The notes: generated by a model not told the origin, from the sequence alone. DNA of 64,000 nucleotides from Eledone cirrhosa (GCA_964016885.1 OZ024758.1:17298001-17362000), one strand, 5' to 3'. Shown: positions 26,140-39,333, counted from the stretch's first letter. Translations and numbers: made by a program.

Positions 26140-26478
26140 AGGCACATGGCTTAGTGGTTAGAGCATTGGCCTTGCAATCGAAAGGTTGTGAGTTCAATTC
26201 TCAGACCAGGTGATGTGTTGTTTCCTTGAGCAAGACACTTTATTTCACATTGCTCCAGTTTACTCAGCTGTAGAAATGAGATGATAGGGACTGGGGTCCC
26301 TATCATTCCACTGTAAAGTGGTCGTCGAGGTGCCACGGCAAAAAAGCACCCAGCACTCACTGTAAATCAGGTTGGTGTTAGGAAGGGCATCCAGCTGTAG
26401 AAATCAAGCCAGAATCAGTTCCCATCCCACCCTTGCAAGCAGGGAAAAGCGGACGTAAAATGATGATGATGATGATGA
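26140..26478 (+). mobile_element. Full-length SINE C (tRNA head, CORE-like body, RTE-derived tail)
   Basis: A box TGGCTTAGTGG, B box GAGTTCAATTC; 3' end CCCACCCTTGCAAGCAGGGAAAAGCGGACGTAAAA(TGA)n identical to the RTE LINE end. Confidence 0.9.
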
Positions 26479-26529
26479 TATATATTGCAGCAACAACTTT
26501 GATCTATATATATTATTAATACATGTTAA

Positions 26530-26811
26530 TATATATATATGTGTATATATATATTTATGTGTATATGCATATACATATATATCTATACATGCATATGTGT
26601 GTTTGTATACACATACACAAACATATACGCCCGTATAAATAACTTAAAACAAATGATAGCTATTGAATTAAATTCTTTCATATTTACTATCTGGCTACTG
26701 TTAAAAACTTCTTTAAGATGTCCAATCTCCATACAGATTATCCAAGAGTGTATATATATATTGGCACACTATTATGTATATATATATGTACATATATAAT
26801 ACATACACACA

Positions 26812-26846
<35 letters not shown>

Positions 26847-27191
26847 ATATATATAGATCCATATATATACACACATACATATATATATATACATATATAC
26901 ACACATACATATACATATATTCATATATACATACATATATACATATATTCATATATACATACATATATATATACATATATTCATATATACACCCACATAT
27001 ACATATATTGATCCACACACATATATATTCATATACACACACACATATCTATATACATATTTACATACACTCATCTATATATATATATATACATATATAG
27101 ACATACACATATATATACTCACACACACTAACACATTTATATATACACACACATATATATATATATATTAGAATTGGTTCTCTGCAAAATA

Positions 27192-27238
<47 letters not shown>

Positions 27239-27305
27239 TACATACATACAGACACTGACGCACAACACTTTATGCATATATATACTCATACACACTAACA
27301 CATTT

Positions 27306-27350
<45 letters not shown>

Positions 27351-27372
27351 TATATATATATATACATTCATT

Positions 27373-27412
<40 letters not shown>

Positions 27413-27430
27413 TATATATATATATACATT

Positions 27431-27476
<46 letters not shown>

Positions 27477-27682
27477 TATATATATATATATACATTCATA
27501 CATATATATATATATATATATACACATATATATATATATATATACATTCATACATACATATATATATATACATATATATATACATTCATACATATATATA
27601 TATACACATTCATACATATATATATATACACATTCATACATATATATATATACACATTCATACATATATATATATACACATT

Positions 27683-27724
<42 letters not shown>

Positions 27725-28401
27725 TATATATATACATTCATACATATATATATATACATATATATATACATTCATACATATATATATATATACACATTCA
27801 TACACATATATATATATATATACATATACACATATATATATATATATATACATTCATATGTATATATATATATATATATACACATATATATATACATTCA
27901 TTCATATATATATATATATATATATATATACATTCATACATATACATTCATACATATATATATATACATTCATACATATATATATATACATTCATACATA
28001 TATATATACACATATATATATACATTCATATATATATATATATATATATATACATTCCTACAGACACAACAATTTATGCTGTATATATCGGTATATTTAT
28101 GAAAGGTAGAACTCACTGTAGTAGAACCACTATATGCACTGCAATAACACAGCAAGATGTAAAAATCTAACTAAAAGATTGTCACAACGAAAATTTCAAT
28201 GCTATTTTCTTTCATTTCTCAATGCTTTTCTGCCTTTTGATGAAACAATATAAATTGTTTTGGCAACCATTTTTGACAGATGAAACTTCAGTAAACTGTT
28301 AGATATATATGTTTATTATTACTATTATTATTATTATTATTATTGTTGTTATTATGTTGTCTGTGGTATGTATATATACACGCATATATGTAATATATAT
28401 G

Positions 28402-28433
<32 letters not shown>

Positions 28434-28460
28434 CACGCATATATATATGTAATATATATG

Positions 28461-28492
<32 letters not shown>

Positions 28493-28707
28493 CACGCATA
28501 TATATATGTAATATATATGTATATATATATATATGTATATATATACACACATATGTATATATATATATACATATATATACACACATATGTATACTTATAT
28601 ATACACACATATTTATACATATATATATATACACACATATATGTATACATATATATACACATATATATATGTATATATATTTATACATACATACATACAT
28701 TTATATC

Positions 28708-28763
<56 letters not shown>

Positions 28764-28820
28764 CACATACATTTATATATATCTGTGTGTATATATATAT
28801 ATATATGTATGTATATATCA
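26530..28820. repeat. Compound TA/CA/TTCA microsatellite blocks
   Basis: Direct inspection. Confidence 0.9.
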
Positions 28821-29578
28821 TTGTGTTTTTGTTAATATTTTTTTAACTTTCTCTTTTCTTTTCTAAATATTTTTCACACCTTTCTGCAGCTTTAGAAACA
28901 TTATTACTTGGAGAAAAGAAAAACTATGTCTTAGTTTATAATAGTTGTCCATTTTATTAGATGAGTTTGGCACAAACAGTAAAATGTAAGCTGAATGGAT
29001 GTTTTATGCCATTTAAGTTTATTGTGTCATCTTCATTTCTACTCGCGTCCTTTCGATCAGTAAGGTCTGCTGTCACCCTTACTTTACATTACTTTACGAT
29101 CAATACAATAATATGTACAATTTCATTGATTAAAATATAAACTCTCTCCATTTTCAAAAGCTGTCTTGTCTCATGTTAAAAGCAATCATCAGCATCTTCA
29201 GGTGGATTGGCCGTGTCGGTAGAGGGTCAGACACCATGTTTTGCGGGTCTTTAAAGTCTGAGTTCAAATCCCGCCAAGGATAACTTTGTCTTTCATCCTT
29301 ACAGGGGTCGATAAAATAAAGTACCTGTAATGCACTGGTGTCGATTTAATCAATTTTTCCCTCTCCCAAAATTGCTGCCCTGAAATCATTATTGCGCATT
29401 TTTACTGCTTTACCGAGCACAGCGCTGTGTGCCTTGGGCATGAACAGTGTAGTTTTTGCTGGTTTTGTTACTATTGCATTGATAGCACTTTTTGTAATGT
29501 TTGTGCAGTGTTTAGTAGTGCTATTTTTTGTATGGTGTATGTGTATATATATATGTGTGCATGTGTTGTGCATGTGCA

Positions 29579-29610
<32 letters not shown>

Positions 29611-29613
<3 letters not shown>

Positions 29614-29972
29614 TCATCATCATCATTTTACGTCCGCTTTTCCCTGCTTGCAAGGGTGGGACGGGTCTTATTCAGCACAGCATCTCTCCACTTGTCACGC
29701 TCCTTCGGCATCTCCACCGTGAGCTTCAGCGATCTGAGGTCTGTTCTCACCACCTCCGCCCATGTTTTTTGTGATCTACCTCTACCACGTCTTCCTTCAA
29801 CTGGCATTTCCTGGCACTCCTTCACCCATTGGTCATCCTCCATGCGCATCACATGTCCATACCACCTCAGTCTCCTCTCTCGCACACTACATTCTATCCC
29901 TCTCAGACACAGTTTCTCTCTCAACACACTCATGCTGGGTTGTTCATGCACATTGACATTGCATATCCAACA
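29611..29972 (-). mobile_element. RTE LINE 3' fragment (same family as 50633)
   Basis: LREKLCLRGIECSVRERRLRWYGHVMRMEDDQWVKECQEMPVEGRRGRGR..KTWAEVV; (GAT)n tail. Confidence 0.95.
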
Positions 29973-29999
29973 GATGTATATGTATGTATATATATATCA

Positions 30000-30293
30000 T
30001 CATTCATCATCATTTCATTTTACGTCCACTTTTCCCTGCTTGCAAGGGTGGGACGGGAACTGATTCTGGCTCGATTTCTACAGCTGGATGCCCTTCCTAA
30101 CACCAACCTAATTTACAGTGAGTGCTGGGTGCTTTTTTGCCATGGCACCTCCACGACCACTTTGCAGTGGAATGATAGGGACCCCAGTCCTATCATCTCA
30201 TTTCTACAGCTGAGTAAACTGGAGAAATGTGAAATAAAGTGCCTTGCTCAAGGAAACAACACATCACCCGGTCTGAGAATTGAACTCACAACC
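30000..30293 (-). mobile_element. SINE C
   Basis: Reverse complement of 26140-26478; extreme 5' end missing. Confidence 0.9.
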
Positions 30294-30361
30294 TTAATAA
30301 ATGTGAAGACTAAAATCCAAAGAGGGCTCGATAAGGATAAATATATATCAAATATATATTT

Positions 30362-30435
30362 TAGATTGACTTTGTTAGTTTCAGAAGATCCCATTAAGGG
30401 TGAAAGCAACGATTCTTTGCTTAAACTTTAATCTG
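30362..30435 (+). ncRNA. H1 hammerhead fold, copy 3 (within H1 element 30296-30450)
   Basis: AGTTT-CAGAAGA-T-CCC(ATTAA)GGG-T-GAAA-GCAA(CGATTCT)TTGC-TT-AAACT. Confidence 0.7.
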
Positions 30436-30756
30436 TTATTTTAATAAATATATATATATATATATATGAGTCCTGGAGTACTCTATATAATGTGTACAGT
30501 ACCTAGTTGTGCTATCTTTTGTATGCTGTATATATTTGTAAGTCCTGGGGTTTAGGTTATGAATTTGATTGTGTGTTTTTTATCATTTCTAGAGTACCTA
30601 TTATTATAGGTATTGTTTCAGTTTTCATTTTCCACATTCATGTTATTTCTATCCCTAGATCTTTATATTTGGAGAGTTTCTCTATTTCCTTGGAAGATAT
30701 ATTGTTGTCTGTGGAGATAGATACATTTAGTAGAAGACATATTATTATTATTATTG

Positions 30757-30950
30757 ATGGTGGTGGATTGGCAGTATCGGTAGAGGGTCGGATGCCATGC
30801 TTTGCAGCATAGAATTACGGACCTTTTTGATGTGAGTTCAAATCCTGCCAAGGTTAACTTTGCCTTTCATCCTTATAGGGTCGATAAAATAAAGTACCAG
30901 TAATGCACTGGGATAATTGCTGGCCTTGTGCCCAAAATAGAAACAATTAT
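30757..30950 (+). mobile_element. SINE A
   Basis: Consensus match within (TTA)n. Confidence 0.9.
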
Positions 30951-31284
30951 TATTATTATTATTATTTAGCCAACAAGGTAGCTTCTATGTGGCCACTTGA
31001 TCTGCTGAAAATAACAATCAAATCTCTCTCCTCTCACTCCCTATGTATGAAAATGGCAGGGCACTGTGTATAATAGATATTTTTGAAAGAACAAGATGGT
31101 AATTGTTGATATGCTTCACCAGTCTTTATCAGGGTTAAATGAAAGTAATTCAATGACAAACGAACAAACAGATGCAGGAGTCAATAGTACAAATTGTTAT
31201 TAGCTTCACGCTTGGTGAGAGTGGGGATTGTCAGATTAGACCAAGGAAACTATATTTGTATTGCTTTTTCCATTGGTAAAGCTA

Positions 31285-31315
<31 letters not shown>

Positions 31316-32185
31316 GGCAATTCCTCGTAGAAAATTCATTCCTTTTTCAGTAACAGGAGGAAACAAGATTTGAACTCAGAATACTAAGAGGCAGATGAGA
31401 TAGGGAAAAGCATCCAATTTGACTCTTTAACAATTTCACTAATTCACTGCTTATGGATCTTTAGTTTAGCTAATGACCCTGAAAGGATGAAAGGCAAAGT
31501 TCTTAGAGGGATTTTAACTTAGAATACAAAGAACTGGAACAAATATGAACATTTAATCTGATGCTCTAACAATTCTGTAAAATTATTGCCATGATTAGGG
31601 TTAACATGGAAATAAACAACACTTTCAATTTTATCATCATCATCAATTTCACTAACACGTGATCATTAAGTGTCTAAATCAATGAGACCAGCTATTGCAA
31701 TAATAATTTATATTCAGTAGGCACCTCTTAACCAAATATACACCACAATCCACTACCACTACCCTATCCTCCCACTCCCTCCAACACCACCCTCTCTCTG
31801 TAAAGTTGGTACCACAACATCCAGTCCAAATAAATGAGATAATGAGATCGAGATTGTGTAGATGTCACGACAAAAACCACACAGTGCACGCTGTAATGTG
31901 GCCGTGTAGGTAACATGGTAAAAAGTTCCCAGTTCCACACTGTAAATGTGGTTGATGTTAGGAACAGCATCCAGCCGTAGAAAACCTGCCAGATAGTCCT
32001 ATATGAGCGAGATACGGTCACCCGACCAACCTTGACTCAAATTGGGACAACTCCCGTCTAACCCATGCTAGCATGGAAAATGGACGTTAAACAAAGATTC
32101 TCTGGCTTAATAACTTCATCTTTCATGTTTGTTTTTTATTTTACATTGTTTTCAGATCAGCTGTTCTCGAATATTGTTGTCCAAT

Positions 32186-32440
32186 ATACCCATATTTCAT
32201 ATTCCTATATACACATATTTCCTATTCCTATATACACATATTTCCTATTCCTATATACACATATTTCCTATTCCTATATACACATATTTCCTATTCCTAT
32301 ATACACATATTTCCTATTCCTATATACACATATTTCCTATTCCAATATACACATATTTCATATTCCTTTAAATACACATATCATATTTCTATAGGACATA
32401 TTTCACATAAATACATATTTCCTATTCCTACATACACATA
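32186..32440. repeat. 23-bp minisatellite
   Basis: TATACACATATTTCCTATTCCTA, about 8-10 copies. Confidence 0.9.
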
Positions 32441-32501
32441 TTAAATATTTCCTTCAACTTAATCTGATGACACAAATTCAGTTTTAATGATAAATTTTAT
32501 T

Positions 32502-32701
32502 TTAACCCTTTACCAATGACATTACTCTATATATACTAAAGGCTTTATCTCACATAATATCGAATCTATGAGATTTTGATATTATTTATTTTGAAAACAG
32601 TACCTCCACATTAGTATGAGCAGCCGGTTATAACTGGTTCGAACGGAAAGAGATGAAAGAACTCTGGCCAGTTATGACTGGTTTAAATACTAAAGGGTTA
32701 A
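32502..32701 (-). mobile_element. MITE M1
   Basis: TTAACCCTTTA...TAAAGGGTTAA, reverse orientation. Confidence 0.8.
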
Positions 32702-33157
32702 ATGTGTTTTGTAGAGTATTACATTACAAACCCAGTACATGCTGTAAGATTCTTGGTATTAGGAAGGGCATCCAGCAATAGAAACCACCAGAAGAAAAAA
32801 TGCATGAGCAAGAATCAGTCACCCCAGAATGTGACAACTTATCTAAACCATGGAAAATAGATGAAAATTTGTGTTGATGAAAATGATTTGTTGAATAATG
32901 TCAAAGAGTTAAGTTTTGCAGGGTAGGTTACTCTACAAGTGTACAACATAACATATATTCTATCTCAATCTAATGGAATCATTTCTTGTTTTCACAAACA
33001 AACTAGCTCACCTCACTGTGTTTGATTTTAGTAGAATAGTTTATCCTGCTAATGTTAAATGATTGATGATTTATCTTGTGGAAATAAAGAGCCTAATTTG
33101 AGAAGAGATAATAACAGCTTCTCTGATATGTCATCTGTAAAGTAGTTAGCTGGCATG

Positions 33158-33223
<66 letters not shown>

Positions 33224-33569
33224 CAGAATTCTTTGTTGTTTTCGTCCTGTGTTGATGTGTAATTGAAGTTATAAAAGCAATTTCCCAAACCCATTAGCAT
33301 TCAAGTGAATAAGGACCAACAAGGAAACAAAACTACTTTGGATATTGGAATAGACACACAAAGTCATGTACCTTACTTTAAAAAAAGAGGGAAGGATAAC
33401 ATGAGGAAAAGCATTCACCCATAGAATTCTATGTCAAAATGTCTTTTACAACCCATGCTATGATGATGATTGTTAGTTGGACTTCATAGATTTTGAACTT
33501 AGAACATATTTACTGTTGTAGGATTTGAACTTAATACACAGAGAAAGTAAAGCATCAAATTGTCAGAGT

Positions 33570-34121
33570 CATTAGATTGTTGGATAGAATGCCTTATGGT
33601 ATTCATTCCGGCTCTTTGTTCTCAAAATTCAAATCCCGCTGAGGTCCACTTTGCCTTTCATCCTTTCGAGGTTGATAAAAAAAGTACCAGTCTAGTACTG
33701 GGGTCGATTCTTCCTCTATATATCTTTCTCAGGTGAATTGGCAGCATCGGTAGAGGGTTGGACGCCATGCTTTCTAGCATAGTTACGTCCCTTTACATTC
33801 TGAATTCAAATCCCGCCGAGGTTAACTTTGCCTTTCATCCTTACGGGGTCGATAAAATAAAGTACCAGTAATGTACTGGGTAATTGCTGGCCTTGTGCCT
33901 AAAGTAGAAACAATTATTTCATTCTCTATGAAGGGCGGTGGATTGGCAGTATCGGTAGAGGGTCGGACGCCATGCTTTCCAGCATAGTTACGTCCCTTTA
34001 CGATCTGAGTTCAAATCCCGCCGAGGTTGACTTTGCCTTTCATCCTTACGGGGTCGATAAAATAAAGTACCAGTAACGTACTGGGTAATTGCTGGCCTTG
34101 TGCCAAAAGTAGAAACAATTA
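33570..34121 (+). mobile_element. Cluster of three SINE A copies
   Basis: An older long variant at ~33570-33710, then near-consensus copies at 33731-33917 and 33933-34121, each followed by ATTTCATTCTCTAT. Confidence 0.9.
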
Positions 34122-35162
34122 TTTCATTCTCTATTCTTTTCTGGAAGAAATCTGCTGTATTCAGGCCTGGAGAGAGATGGGCTCCACCAGGTTTAAAATG
34201 TCCAAGAAACATATGTCAATACAGCGCCTGTACAACTCTGTCAGGAGTTATGGGACCATACATACACACACATACACACACATACACACACATTCACACA
34301 GAGAGATAATTTGATATATTTGTTCTTGTGTTCTTCTATAATATTTGTCAACATGCCATGTGATATCTCAAAGGAAACTATTGTAATAGAGATGATACCT
34401 GCAAGTTATTCAAGTGCCATAAAGAAAACTGACAATCTCATTATATGTCTGAACTTATGAAATAAGTTATCACAATAATTAAACTTTTGCAGACTATTAA
34501 TATCATCTGAATTCTCTATCCATTTGCACATTTGAATAACTTTAAATTTGGATAGCTATCAAGACAGAATAATTTCTCTATTGCCGGCAGCACAATGGAG
34601 CGATTGACATGAAGGACATCCAGCCATAGAATCTATATACCCAAAAAAGGTGTTGAGAGGACTCTTCATTCATATCAAGACTACGACATGCTCTTTAGTC
34701 CTAGCCCCATAATAAACTGCTCCAAGTACACTCTGTAAAGTGGATAACACGATGATAGGCATCTGTCCATAGAAAAACTAGCCAGAAAATGATGAAGAGA
34801 ACTCTTCTGTTATTTAAAGTGCAGGACAACTTCCTCAGTATTAGTGTCACAATAAAATGTACTCAATACACTCTGTAAAGTGGTTGGCATGAGACTTTTA
34901 TATTCATTTATAAACTTCCATTATAATCAACTTTGCCTTTCATCCTTACGGGGTCGATAAAATAAAGTACCAGTAATGCAATGGCTAATTGCTGGCCTTG
35001 TGCCAAAAGTAGAGATAATTATTAGGTCATCTACCTGACTAAAGCAAAGGCTGCCCTTCAGCAGTTAAGATATGTACCAACCAGCTTAATAATGAAAAAG
35101 TTAAATTATATTACTAAATCACTCCAAATTCTTTATTTCGTTTAAATATTGTAGCAAAAGGG

Positions 35163-35378
35163 TTAACCCTTTAATATTTAAATTACTCTATATTTACAAT
35201 TATATTTTGTTGGTAAAGGCTTTATCTCAGATAATATCAAATGTATGAGATTTTAATTTTATTTATTTTGAGAACAATATCTTAACATCAGTATGAGTGA
35301 CTGGTTACAGCCAATTTGAACAGAAAGAGGTGAGATAATTCTGACTGGATAGGGCTAGTTTAAATGATGAAGGGTTAA
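35163..35378 (-). mobile_element. MITE M1
   Basis: TTAACCCTTTA...GAAGGGTTAA. Confidence 0.8.
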
Positions 35379-36204
35379 ATAAAATTAAGATAAGTTGTTT
35401 GTTTCACCTGGTCTTCTATGGGCAATCAACTTTAACACAACTTTTAATAGCCATGAAGTTAAAGATATGGCTGGTTTAAAAGGTAAAGGGTGAAGGAAGA
35501 AATGTTTGTTACAGAAGAAGAATTTAGTGAAAAGCATTTTTAAAAAAAACCTAAGAAACAGTCGATATATGGCACATACTGATAACATAATCTCTAAAGG
35601 AATACTTAGATTTCAGTCCAACGTGATTGCAATGACTGAAAAATTTAATATAAACAATGTACAAGCCCCTGTGACTTAATGGAATAGAATATTTAGAGGT
35701 AAATGTTCCACCTTAAAATCTGCTAAGGGACTATGTAAATATTCAGGAGGATGGCACTCGGTAATAATCGATAATTGAGCCAATTGAAACATTGTATTAA
35801 TGGAACCTCAAAAGATGAGGTTAATAGACTGGAAAACTTCAATCAAACTGATAACTCCCTGTTGCACTTTATTATTTATTTGATTCAAAAATTGGTAGAA
35901 TCTAGGTAAACAATCAAAGCTATTTTCCTTTAGAGAATCTAATCAGAATTCCAATTCAGTCTTTTTCTCCATCGTTCTAACGATCAAATATTATATATAT
36001 AAAAATGATAAAAAAAAAACTTACATTATTTATATTTGCTTTATCTAATTAAGGAAATCTATCTCCGGAGAAAGGTCCATCTCATTGAGCACTTATTTAA
36101 TTTGGGTCTTTTATTATTGGATTTTATATATTTCACTAGCTCCTATATGAAACTTAAAAATGTCTGATAGTACTTTACACTTGTTTGGATGTAACTTCAC
36201 TCTG

Positions 36205-36236
<32 letters not shown>

Positions 36237-36869
36237 GATATATATATCTATTTGTGTGGCCATGTCTATGTATGTAAATAAATATATATATATGCATATA
36301 TATATATACATATATACATATGTATATACATATATTTGTGTCAGTGTGTGTAAGTATGTAAATATATATATATTATATATATATATATATATATAATTAT
36401 ATGCATATATATATACATATACATGCATATAAATATATATATATATATGCATATATATATATATACATATACATGCATATAAATATATATATATATATGG
36501 ATATATATATATATACATATACATGCATATAAATATATATATATATATGCATATATATATATACATATACATGCATATAAATATATATATATATATGCAT
36601 ATATATATATACATATACATGCATATAAATATATATATATAAATATATATTTATATGCATATATACATGTATATAAATATATATATTTAAATATATATTT
36701 ATATGCATATATACATGTATATAAATATATATTTATATGCATATATATATATTTAAATATATATTTATATGCATATATACATGTATATAAATATATATAT
36801 TTAAATATATATTTATATGCATATATATATATATATATTTATATGCATATATATATATATATATTTATA

Positions 36870-36912
<43 letters not shown>

Positions 36913-36914
36913 GC

Positions 36915-37028
<114 letters not shown>

Positions 37029-37083
37029 GTGAGGTTTTTTTTACAAAATGAAAAATAACCGAGGTGTCCTACACGAGTGGAAG

Positions 37084-37367
37084 TATAAAGAAAAAGAGAT
37101 GAAATCGAAAATGCAACTGAAGTCTTATTTTTTTTTAAAATATATATATTTATTTGGTTCCTTTACCGGTTTCGCAGTTCTTCTGCTTTTCAAAAGGTGA
37201 GTTGAGATGGAGGGTCTGTGGTTTTTCTCACATCTCAATCTCACCCTCCATCTCAACTCACCTTTTGAAAAGCAGAAGAACTGCGGAACCGGTAAAGGAA
37301 CCAAATAAATATATATATTTTAAAAAAAAATAAGACTTCAGTTGCATTTTCGATTTCATCTCTTTTT

Positions 37368-37374
<7 letters not shown>
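37084..37374. repeat. Foldback with ~132-bp arms, 27-nt spacer and a minimal hammerhead in each arm
   Basis: 37084-37215 is the near-perfect reverse complement of 37243-37374; sits between (TA)n tracts. Confidence 0.95.
37160..37197 (-). ncRNA. Minimal type I hammerhead, U3-A8 variant with palindromic stem III
   Basis: Minus strand CCTT-TTGAAAA-GCAG(AAGAA)CTGC-GAAA-CCGG-TA-AAGG; the plus-strand twin at 37261-37298 has GGAA instead of GAAA. Confidence 0.75.
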
Positions 37375-37441
<67 letters not shown>

Positions 37442-37594
37442 GCATATATATATATATATATATATGAGTTTAAACAATGAAATGAAAATTCAAGTCATTA
37501 GAAATACACTTCCCTGCTTTACGATCGTTTCTAGGTGATGATAATACATCGTAACCATACTTTGTTATCGATCTATGTAAGGTTAGTTACAAAA

Positions 37595-37652
<58 letters not shown>

Positions 37653-37718
37653 TATATATATATGCATATATAGATATGCATATATATATATATATATATA
37701 TATATGCATATATAGATA

Positions 37719-37752
<34 letters not shown>

Positions 37753-37762
37753 TATATAGATA

Positions 37763-37822
<60 letters not shown>

Positions 37823-38459
37823 TATATATATATGCATATATATATATATACATATATATATATATGCATAATTAGAATTTTAGTCTACGACTTAAGTTAT
37901 ACTAACTAGGAAACCGAATGATTCTCTGCTTCAGAGTTAAGAATAAAGTAAATAAAATACAGAGGTAATTGAATACGTACATACACAAGCATACGCGAAA
38001 ACACTCGCCATAGGTATACAAATACACGCACATATAAATATGTGTGTGTGTGTGTGTGTGTGCGTGTATACAAATAATTAAATAAACGTATATAAATAAA
38101 TAAATACGTATATAACAAGCTCACACACATAGCTACATGTAAATACACAAATGTTCCGAGACTACGTCAACCAAAACACGAAGTACAGATATACACACAC
38201 CCTACATACGTACGAACCCGCATACTCGCACAGACGCAAAACTCACGTATACACAACGAAAAGCATATGTACCATAATATATAAAATATACGCCATAATA
38301 TAAACAATCAAATATACGTACGAGAAAAACATACAGGTAATATATACTTCACAAAACATACAGGTAATATATACTTACCTATGCAAATAAGTAATGGTAT
38401 AAACATAACATGTACTTAGTTACCACATCAAGACATAAAATATCCACGTATAGATCGTA

Positions 38460-39070
38460 CTATCCGTTAGGGTATAATGTGGGGCTGTAATACAGGAAGG
38501 TTGTGTGCAATTTATGTTTACAAGCCGAAATTGCCTCATATTTTTTGTTTAATATATGGTCTGTGGCGTAGAGTATTTCCAGGGCCTCAGCGGCGCAGAG
38601 GTCACATGGTCTTTTATTTCCGTTATACGATCTAGCCCTAGCTAGGATCTCCCAGTGTAACATATTGTGTGTGGTTGTCTTTTAGACTCCAGATATAAGC
38701 TGAAAGTGACGTCATATTCCTTCTTAGAGGGTAACGAAAGGAATGGGTATGTATGTAAAGACGCTGCTTGAATCTATTGGCGGTTAACCCTATGTAGCCC
38801 CGACGGGACGTGGGTGTTACAACCTTATATTTGTAGACAATGTTACTAGAGAGGCATTTCCCGGATAGGGGGCAATCAACCCGATCCATACAATTACAGT
38901 TAGTACTAACTACAGGGTTGCACGTGTTCCTACGGCTAGGTAGTTTAGCTAAATTTGAAGCTGTGATGTTATGTGCAAGGTTAGGAGTCGTAGAGTAAGA
39001 AATTTTAATGCTATTTCTATTAAAAATGTTACTATATTTATGTGTAGGGGGAAAATGCTTCCTAATAAGG
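38460..39070 (-). mobile_element. Penelope-like element, RT C-terminal linker plus GIY-YIG endonuclease (5'-truncated, frameshifted)
   Basis: LIRKHFPPTHKYSNIFNRNSIKISYSTTPN..CNCMDRVDCPLSGKCLSSNIVYKYKV..GYIGLTANRFKQRLYIHTHSF..TSLSAYIWSLK/HWEILARA..CDLCAAE..LNKKYE..CKH. Confidence 0.9.
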
Positions 39071-39216
39071 GACCCCTCTTCGGATTTTAGTCTTCAAATT
39101 TATTATATTACTATATATATACACATATATATAGTACGTTATTCCGGGTCGAGTCGGAGGTAACCACAGTAAGTAAGGTACTCAATACGTAGCAGAGTAT
39201 AAAAGTTTTAATATAG

Positions 39217-39267
39217 ATGAGATTCTACAGGACTAGAACTGTTTCATTCATTAGAAATCATCAGGAA

Positions 39268-39273
<6 letters not shown>
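39217..39273 (-). ncRNA. Type I hammerhead ribozyme fold (canonical core)
   Basis: Minus strand ATGAGATTC-CTGATGA-T-TTC(TAAT)GAA-T-GAAA-CAG(TTCTAGTC)CTG-TA-GAATCTCAT; 9-bp stem I and GUA cleavage triplet. Confidence 0.8.
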
Positions 39274-39306
<33 letters not shown>

Positions 39307-39333
39307 TATATATATATATATATATATATATGC

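Noticed and set aside
26140-26210. tRNA genes at SINE heads (also 3008, 17050, 40071, 54524)
   Set aside because: A/B boxes are present, but they continue into SINE bodies and I see no proper acceptor stem.
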